From NCBI GenBank assembly GCA_002433895.1, contig DJJA01000005.1:3883-67882 (forward strand): 64,000 bases of DNA, given 5' to 3'. Numbering within the stretch: the first letter of the stretch is position 1; every line of letters begins with the position of its first letter. The DNA is from Candidatus Gottesmanbacteria bacterium UBA6580. GTDB lineage: Bacteria > Patescibacteriota > Microgenomatia > UBA10105 > UBA927. Position numbers and translations under genes: made by a program. The notes under the pieces were generated by a model. It ran no database searches. It saw only the letters and a program-made list of their open reading frames with translations, and had not been told where the DNA came from. Positions 58,027 to 64,000 of this stretch are shown in pieces.

Positions 58027-61000
58027 ATGAACAGAACAATAAATCTAGAAGTCAAAGGAATGCACTGTCAATCATGCGAGATGCTCATTAAGGATGAGTT
58101 GTCAGAGATTTCCGGTATTAAGGATATATCTATTGATGCCAAAACGGGTAAAGGATCGCTCGTCGCAACCAGTAGTAAGGTAACCGATGCTGCTATTATT
58201 GCAGCCATCAAAAACGCAGGTTACACTGGTGTCGTTTTCCCTACCACGAACGGCAATGGCCATTCATTATTGAGCCGTGAGGAATTTGACCAACACTCTG
58301 CCCCTGTATCGTTCACAATGCCACAAGAAGTTGAGATAGATGGCAAGATTGGCAAAAGTGACGACGGATTCTGGACAATTAAGGGAATCCTTCGCTTTGG
58401 AACACGAAATACTATTGTTGAAACGGTGGCGAATGCCATAGCTCCAGTAACAGTCGAAGCTGCAGGAAAATCTGGAGAGCGCACAAACTTGGTTATCCAG
58501 GGCATGCATTGCTCTTCCTGCGCAGCCATTATTGAACGACAATTGAAAAAAGTTCCGGGTGTTACGGATGCAAAAGTAAACTTTGCAGCTGAGAAAGCGT
58601 CAATTGTTCACGACTCGTCCATTGCAAAGATTACTGATCTAATCGCCGGAGTTGAGAAAGCCGGATACAGAGCAATTTCTGCTGATCAAGAAGATTCTAA
58701 AGCTCAGGCAGAACGCCAGCAAGGCGAGATTAAAGGTATGTGGCGGAAGTTTTTGGTCAGCTTAGTGCTGTCTTCCCCCATGATCTATTTCATGTTCATG
58801 GACTTTTTCGCGATGCCGTTTAAGGCGGTACTTTTACCATACATTGGAATCGTCTCACTTGTCTTATCAACTCCTGTCCAATTCTTTATTGGATCGAGTT
58901 TTTATAAAGGAATGATTTCTGCGCTGCGCATGAAGACGTTTAATATGGATAGTCTGATTGCCATCGGCACGTCGGTTGCGTATTTCTATAGTTTGGTCAA
59001 TTTCCTGACCTACAACGCACAAACCGGTTCTATCCTCGGATTGAACGGTGCCAAAATTCCTGAGCTCTACTTTGAGACTGCAGCGTTTCTTATTACCTTT
59101 GTTATTTTAGGTAAATTCCTGGAAGCAAAAGCAAAAGGAAGAACCAGCGAAGCGATCAAAAAACTGATGGGTTTGCAGGCAAAAACCGCGCGTGTCATAA
59201 GAAATGGTGAAACACTTGATATTCCGGTTGAGCAAGTCGTCAAAGATGACATTATCGTTGTCCGACCGGGTGAAAAAGTTCCTGTCGATGGCGTGATCGT
59301 CAAAGGTTCGTCCTCTGTTGATGAATCCATGATTACCGGAGAAAGTCTGCCAGTGGAGAAGCATGTTGATGACATGGTCATCGGTGGCACGATTAATAAA
59401 GTTGGTAGCTTTGAATTCATGGCTACCCGTATCGGTGGCGAGACAACCTTGGCACAGATCATCCGATTGGTTGAGGATGCCCAGGGTTCAAAAGCCCCGA
59501 TTCAGGCTGTTGCTGACCGAATCTCTGCTTATTTTGTGCCCGCAGTTATTATCGTTGCTTTACTCACCTTTGTAGTGTGGTATTTCCTTTTGGGAGCAAC
59601 GCTATCATTTGCACTCATGGCATTTACAGCCGTGATCGTTATTGCGTGTCCATGTGCCCTTGGCTTAGCCACTCCGACGGCCATTATGGTTGGTACGGGA
59701 GTTGGTGCCGAGCACGGTATTTTGGTCAAAGGCGGCGAGCCACTTGAGGCTGCCAGCAAGATTAATGCCATCGTATTTGATAAGACCGGCACGATTACCA
59801 AAGGGAAACCCGAGGTGACAGATGTAGAAGACTATGGCACGCTTGACGAAGACGACGTTCTTATGATCGCAGCCAGTCTTGAAAAACAGTCTGAGCACCC
59901 GCTTGCAGAAGCTATCTACTCCTATGCACAGGAGGAAGGTATCAAACTTGCCGAAGTCGATGGATTCTCCGCAATCCCCGGACACGGAGTCAAGGGAAAA
60001 GTCGGGAAAACCGAATATTATCTCGGGAACCGCAGACTTATAGCCGACAAACTTGGCCTTGATATTGGCCGGATTGAGCGAAAGCTTGCCAGACTTGAAG
60101 AACAAGGCAAAACCGCTATGATTCTCGCTTCCAAGAAGCAAGTGGAAGGTGTGGTCGCTGTTGCCGATACAGTCAAAGACACCTCGCGTGAAGCCGTAGA
60201 ACGCCTTAAGAAGATGGGTATCGAAGTCTGGATGATTACGGGTGACAATACCCGTACAGCCAAGGCTATTGCCGCCCAAGTCGGTATTGATAATGTCCTG
60301 GCAGAAGTCTTGCCTCAGGACAAAGCGAATGAAGTCAAGAAACTCCAGGATGCTGGCAAAAAGGTCGCCATGGTTGGCGATGGTATCAATGACGCACCAG
60401 CGCTTGCTCAGGCAGATTTAGGTATCGCCATGGGATCAGGCACTGATGTCGCTATGGAAACTGGTGGCATTGTCATTATCAAAAATGACCTTCGGGACGT
60501 TGTGCATGCACTGGAACTATCCAAGAGCACTGTGTCAAAGATCCAGCAGAATATGTTCTTTGCGCTCTTTTATAACGTCATCGGTATTCCGATTGCCGCA
60601 CGCATATTCAGCTTCATCGGCTTGGTCTTAAAGCCTGAGCTCGCTGGCCTTGCCATGGCCTTAAGTTCCGTCTCAGTTGTCGGCAACTCCCTCTTACTGA
60701 GGCAGTACAAACCCGGTAAGCGCAACTATGTGTCGCAGTTTGCCCCAGCCATAATGATGGTGGCGTTTACATTCCTATTCATAGAGTTTGCCCGGTTCAG
60801 TTCAACCATGGCAGCCAGTGAGAAGATGGATACAAAAGCGGCTGATGCAAACATTATGGTGGCAAAAACACCCGACGGCACTGAGAAGAAGTTCTTTGCC
60901 ATGGATAGAGAGCTACCGAAAGAACTTGCAGGTAAAATCCCTGCAGACGGCTTTGCCCCGGTCTATATTGGTGGAAAAAAATACTTGCCAGTCTATATTG

Positions 61001-61176
61001 GCTACGATGAAGCCAAGATCATGACCGATGAGAAACTCTTTACCAAAGAGGGTGATACCATTAAAGGCTTCTTTGGAAATGATGTGATCGTGTCCGGTAT
61101 CCTCCCCGATACCAATACGGCCTACGACACCTATCACTTCGTCAAACCTGGATTTGAAATCAAAAAGATGGACTGA
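58027..61176 (+). CDS. copA: copper-translocating P1B-1 ATPase with two N-terminal HMA domains and an extended C-terminus
   Basis: GMHCQSCE and [11 protein letters not shown] motifs, [31 protein letters not shown]. There is an extra hydrophobic segment plus a tail of about 130 aa after the last canonical TM helix. Length 1,049 aa. Confidence 0.9.
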   Translation: MNRTINLEVKGMHCQSCEMLIKDELSEISGIKDISIDAKTGKGSLVATSSKVTDAAIIAAIKNAGYTGVVFPTTNGNGHSLLSREEFDQHSAPVSFTMPQEVEIDGKIGKSDDGFWTIKGILRFGTRNTIVETVANAIAPVTVEAAGKSGERTNLVIQGMHCSSCAAIIERQLKKVPGVTDAKVNFAAEKASIVHDSSIAKITDLIAGVEKAGYRAISADQEDSKAQAERQQGEIKGMWRKFLVSLVLSSPMIYFMFMDFFAMPFKAVLLPYIGIVSLVLSTPVQFFIGSSFYKGMISALRMKTFNMDSLIAIGTSVAYFYSLVNFLTYNAQTGSILGLNGAKIPELYFETAAFLITFVILGKFLEAKAKGRTSEAIKKLMGLQAKTARVIRNGETLDIPVEQVVKDDIIVVRPGEKVPVDGVIVKGSSSVDESMITGESLPVEKHVDDMVIGGTINKVGSFEFMATRIGGETTLAQIIRLVEDAQGSKAPIQAVADRISAYFVPAVIIVALLTFVVWYFLLGATLSFALMAFTAVIVIACPCALGLATPTAIMVGTGVGAEHGILVKGGEPLEAASKINAIVFDKTGTITKGKPEVTDVEDYGTLDEDDVLMIAASLEKQSEHPLAEAIYSYAQEEGIKLAEVDGFSAIPGHGVKGKVGKTEYYLGNRRLIADKLGLDIGRIERKLARLEEQGKTAMILASKKQVEGVVAVADTVKDTSREAVERLKKMGIEVWMITGDNTRTAKAIAAQVGIDNVLAEVLPQDKANEVKKLQDAGKKVAMVGDGINDAPALAQADLGIAMGSGTDVAMETGGIVIIKNDLRDVVHALELSKSTVSKIQQNMFFALFYNVIGIPIAARIFSFIGLVLKPELAGLAMALSSVSVVGNSLLLRQYKPGKRNYVSQFAPAIMMVAFTFLFIEFARFSSTMAASEKMDTKAADANIMVAKTPDGTEKKFFAMDRELPKELAGKIPADGFAPVYIGGKKYLPVYIGYDEAKIMTDEKLFTKEGDTIKGFFGNDVIVSGILPDTNTAYDTYHFVKPGFEIKKMD

Positions 61177-61206
61177 CCTAGACATTTCTTATAACCACGA
61201 TGCATT

Positions 61207-61231
61207 AAGAGGGGCCTTAGCCCCTCTTTTT
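61207..61231 (+). terminator. rho-independent terminator after copA
   Basis: A 9-bp GC-rich stem (aagaggggc / gcccctctt) with a 4-nt loop, followed by a T-run. Confidence 0.65.
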
Positions 61232-61270
61232 GTATTCTTCTGCTAGACTTCCTCAAGACCCAGCGGTACC

Positions 61271-62626
61271 TTGTACCCTGAAATGAGTACAAAGTACAAC
61301 CAGAATTCAACGATAGAACCACCAAAAATAGAATACTGTCTCTATGCTCGCAAGTCGTCAGAGTCGGATGAACGACAGGCAATGTCCATCGATTCTCAGA
61401 TTGACGAGATGCTTACATTAGCGAAGCGAGATAATCTCAAAATTAAGGAGGTTAAAAAAGAAAGCCACTCGGCAAAGATGTCAGGTTCTCGGCCAGTATT
61501 TACTCAACTCCTCCAAGAAATACGCCAAAAGAAGTTCAATGGAATCTTGACTTGGGCACCAGATCGATTGAGCCGTAATGCTGGCGACTTGGGATCAGTA
61601 GTCGATCTCATGGATCAGGGGAAGTTGGTAAAGATACAAACTTACTCTCAGAGTTTTACAAACAGTCCAAACGAAAAATTCCTCTTAATGATTCTATGTT
61701 CACAGGCAAAGTTAGAAAATGACAACAAAGGATTAAATGTTCAGCGAGGTTTGCGAACGAAGTGTTCAATGGGATGGAGACCAAGCATTGCTCCCGTAGG
61801 ATATCTAAATCAAGCTGGTGATGGTCACAAGGACGAACTAATCATTCTCGACCCCGACAGAGCTTCATTTGTCACTCAAATGTTTGAAAGGGTGGCAAAT
61901 CAAGGTCATAGCGGTAGGGCGATTAAACATTGGCTAGACAGAATAGGATTTAAAACTAGGAATGACAAACCAATACCTTTGAGTAAGGTTTATTCAACAC
62001 TTAATAACCCATTCTATTATGGTGAATTTGAATTCCCTGTAGGCAGTGGAACTTGGTACCAAGGTAAACATACGCCACTCGTGACAAAAGAACTTTTCGA
62101 TAAAGTCCAAGCTGTTTTACAAACAGTCCCGAAAGGCTACAAGAACAAGATTTTTCCTTTCAAAAGTATTTTTAGATGTGGTGGGTGTGGAGGTGGAGTA
62201 ACCGCCGAAGAAAAGATCAGGAAACTAAAACATGGTGGATACACCAAACACACTTATTACCATTGTGGCAGATCATTAAATTATGAATGTGATGAGCCAT
62301 ACATTACCGAAAGCGATCTCATAAAACAATTAATCGTCAATATCGACAAAATCAAATTTAATAACGCTGGAGTGTCACGAAAAATCCAGGAAGATATCGA
62401 GAGATATCACCGTCTCAAGTCCCAAGTCCTACATCAGGAATTTTTAGATGGTCACTTGGGAGAATATGAAAGAATTCCTAAAAGCACAGCCGACAAAAAC
62501 GATATGACAAAAAACTATCTCCTCCATATCCTCCAAGTGGGGACGGCTGAGGAGCGACAAGAGGCACTCACTTTCATCAAAACGAAGTTTATTCTGACAA
62601 ATAAAACGATAGTTATCCAGAAATAA
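61271..62626 (+). CDS. large serine recombinase (integrase)
   Basis: N-terminal resolvase catalytic domain (…CLYARKSSESDERQAMSIDSQ…), a recombinase domain, and a zinc-ribbon (…CGGCGGGV…YYHCGRS…). Length 451 aa. It sits next to a tRNA. Confidence 0.8.
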   Translation: MYPEMSTKYNQNSTIEPPKIEYCLYARKSSESDERQAMSIDSQIDEMLTLAKRDNLKIKEVKKESHSAKMSGSRPVFTQLLQEIRQKKFNGILTWAPDRLSRNAGDLGSVVDLMDQGKLVKIQTYSQSFTNSPNEKFLLMILCSQAKLENDNKGLNVQRGLRTKCSMGWRPSIAPVGYLNQAGDGHKDELIILDPDRASFVTQMFERVANQGHSGRAIKHWLDRIGFKTRNDKPIPLSKVYSTLNNPFYYGEFEFPVGSGTWYQGKHTPLVTKELFDKVQAVLQTVPKGYKNKIFPFKSIFRCGGCGGGVTAEEKIRKLKHGGYTKHTYYHCGRSLNYECDEPYITESDLIKQLIVNIDKIKFNNAGVSRKIQEDIERYHRLKSQVLHQEFLDGHLGEYERIPKSTADKNDMTKNYLLHILQVGTAEERQEALTFIKTKFILTNKTIVIQK

Positions 62627-62803
62627 CGACATCTACAGGCGTGGGTGTTCTTCTCGTGGTCTTAAAACGGAGTGTCCCATTGGGGTTAATCCCTCTATTA
62701 CAGGATCTAAAACTCGATTTCGAACAAATCGAAGAAAAATTAGCAGGTGTTATCGGTCTTTTTTGAGCAGGCGAACGGGTCGCGCTGAACCTTACGATAC
62801 TTG

Positions 62804-62875
62804 TGAGCCCGCTGGGATTCGAACCCAGAACCAATAGCTTAAAAGGCTACTGCTCTACCGTTGAGCTACAGGCCC
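62804..62875 (-). tRNA. tRNA-Lys (anticodon UUU)
   Basis: 72-nt cloverleaf folded by hand: acceptor GGGCCUG/CGGGCUC (two G·U pairs), D-arm GCUC-AACGGUA-GAGC, anticodon stem GUAGC/GCUAU with loop CUUUUAA, T-arm CUGGG-UUCGAAU-CCCAG, discriminator A. No CCA is encoded. Confidence 0.75.
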
Positions 62876-63103
62876 GTGTATCAATTCGTTAATATACTTC
62901 TTACTCTTGTATGACTTTATTTGTTTTTCTCTGTTTCTCGCTTCAAGTTCAGTCGTGTATTCTTCAGTGTAAACCAATTCTTTAGTTCCTAACAATCGTG
63001 TTGTTCTGGTATTTCCGCTATTATGTTGTAGTAATCTTCTTTTTAGGTTAATGGTTGATCCAATATAAAAGCGATCTGTTGATCTATTCCATAGAATATA
63101 CAA
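62855..63103 (-). CDS. GIY-YIG nuclease family protein
   Basis: 82 aa with a GIY-YIG module (MYILWNRSTDRFYIGSTINLKRRLLQHN). AT-rich. Its last roughly 7 codons overlap the 5' end of the tRNA-Lys. Confidence 0.55.
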   Translation of the reverse strand: MYILWNRSTDRFYIGSTINLKRRLLQHNSGNTRTTRLLGTKELVYTEEYTTELEARNREKQIKSYKSKKYINELIHGPVAQR

Positions 63104-63275
63104 TCACGCCATATAGATCTTGCCATACTCCTATTCAATCGAGGCTCTACCGCTTGCTCCGATTTTATCGGGGTTCAGCTATAGACCCCATTATGGAGAG
63201 ACTACCTTAACTTGTGTGGAACACAAATCAGATCGTTCAGCTTTGATTATAGCAAAGAAGAGGCACGGGGTAAAT

Positions 63276-64000
63276 TCATCGTTGCTGGACGCGTATTCCG
63301 GCAGTGTGGAGTACCTGCATAATGGCGGGAAGCGACGCGATAGCCGCGTCATATCCTTTTTGGATTATTGCCTCGCCGTGAAGGAACTGGGTGAGATTGA
63401 TAGACGATGTTGAGGCCACGGGTGGGGTAATGGTCACGTCCGCGTCCTTACATAATTGCTTCGCGAGATTGTACCGGAGCATCCAGACGGCAGCCACTCC
63501 AACGTCCGCCGCGGACGGCCGTTTGTCCGGGTTCGTGGTGCGGATAAACTCATACGTATCCAAATTTACGGCGATGACGTAGGTTGCCCCGAGGTCACGG
63601 GCGACACTCACTGGCACCGGGTTAGAGCCGCCTCCGTCGATTAAATAGGTTTTCCCAAAAAATGCCGCATCGACAAGCGCCGGGACAGAGCTACTCGCAC
63701 GGATTGCCTTGATGAGGCTACCGTGATTTATCGTCACCGCTTCGCCACTACTCATGTCTGTGGCAATTGCGGCGTAGGGGAGCGGCAAGTCCTCGATATT
63801 CTTCCTCCCTATCAAACGGGTAAGATGCTGCTCCAGTTTGAGTCCGCGGATAAGACCGGACTTGGAGCCAAAGTCTGCAAACGCGGCAATGATATCTTTG
63901 TACGTTAAGGATTTGGCGATGTGTTCTACTTTTTCGATAGATCCGAGCGAAAGATACATGCCGCCGATAAGCGCGCCCGCGCTCGCACCGGTAATGATGT
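63276..64000 (-). CDS. patatin-like phospholipase (5' end beyond the window)
   Basis: GxSxG nucleophile motif (GASAGALIGG) at the window edge and a DGG catalytic Asp motif (…YLIDGGGSNPVPV…). GC-rich, so core genome. Confidence 0.75.
   Translation of the reverse strand, partial: IITGASAGALIGGMYLSLGSIEKVEHIAKSLTYKDIIAAFADFGSKSGLIRGLKLEQHLTRLIGRKNIEDLPLPYAAIATDMSSGEAVTINHGSLIKAIRASSSVPALVDAAFFGKTYLIDGGGSNPVPVSVARDLGATYVIAVNLDTYEFIRTTNPDKRPSAADVGVAAVWMLRYNLAKQLCKDADVTITPPVASTSSINLTQFLHGEAIIQKGYDAAIASLPAIMQVLHTAGIRVQQR

Larger units (their letters stand above)
25650..63103. mobile_element. ~37-kb AT-rich integrated genomic island bounded by tRNA-Lys with an adjacent serine recombinase (defence, phage and metal-resistance modules)
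   Basis: A sharp change in base composition at about 25.65 kb and again near 63.1 kb. The recombinase gene abuts the tRNA, and the cargo genes are atypical of the flanking core. Confidence 0.6.

Noticed and set aside
63120-63413. 97-aa plus-strand ORF after the GIY-YIG gene
   Set aside because: It overlaps the clearly real patatin-like phospholipase gene on the minus strand and has no motifs.

Overview
**Overview.** This is a bacterial chromosomal window with two very different halves.

**Core half (1 to about 25.6 kb).** This part is relatively GC-rich and tightly packed with housekeeping genes:
- LemA and an HtpX-type M48 protease.
- A MurT/GatD pair (lipid II isoglutaminyl synthase).
- A HAD hydrolase.
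- GatCAB (Asp/Glu-tRNA amidotransferase).
- DnaE.
- A complete F1Fo ATP synthase operon (atpI-like, then B, E, F, H, A, G, D, C).
- A CBS-domain protein, PyrG, L19 and YraN.
- A CDP-alcohol phosphatidyltransferase and an MscS channel.
- Class I FBPase, a DhnA-type class I aldolase and endonuclease III.

**Island half (about 25.7 to 62.9 kb).** This part is visibly more AT-rich and reads as a roughly 37-kb integrated accessory island. It ends with a large serine recombinase directly abutting a tRNA-Lys(UUU) on the minus strand, plus a GIY-YIG nuclease. The GC-richer core then resumes with a patatin-like phospholipase that runs off the window end. The island has three parts.

1. *Candidate defence operon.* A tight minus-strand operon of HTH, then 289 aa, 1,225 aa and 305 aa proteins. 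The 289-aa and 1,225-aa proteins share a paralogous N-terminal PD-(D/E)xK (Cap4/DUF4297-like) nuclease-type domain. The 1,225-aa protein continues into about 1,000 aa of HEAT-like repeats and has no P-loop. This is the best candidate for an undescribed defence system.

2. *Phage or satellite-like module.* It carries an AlpA/excisionase-like HTH, a ParB-nuclease plus DNA methyltransferase fusion, small and large terminase subunits and an XRE regulator. There are no capsid or tail genes.

3. *Copper and heavy-metal resistance island (about 24 kb).* Its contents are:
   - Three P1B ATPases: a CopA with two HMA domains and a long C-terminal extension, one with an atypical CPD motif plus an N-terminal zinc-ribbon metal-binding domain, and an SPC P1B-4-like pump.
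   - CopZ, a multicopper oxidase, DUF305, two DUF2933 paralogues and cupredoxin-like proteins.
   - DsbA and CcdA/DsbD-like proteins and two ArsR regulators.
   - An OmpR-family two-component system.
   - A BlaI/CopY-like repressor paired with a sensor-less BlaR1/M56 protease that ends in a Cys-rich tail.
   - An unannotated 39-aa metal-binding mini-protein.

A direct-repeat motif (TCTTCATA-N3-TCTTCATA and variants, half-sites 11 bp apart) recurs at six promoter-proximal positions in the metal island. It looks like the regulon box of the island-encoded response regulator. No rRNA genes or CRISPR arrays are seen.

All functional calls rest on motifs I recognised by eye in the translations. No database search was run.
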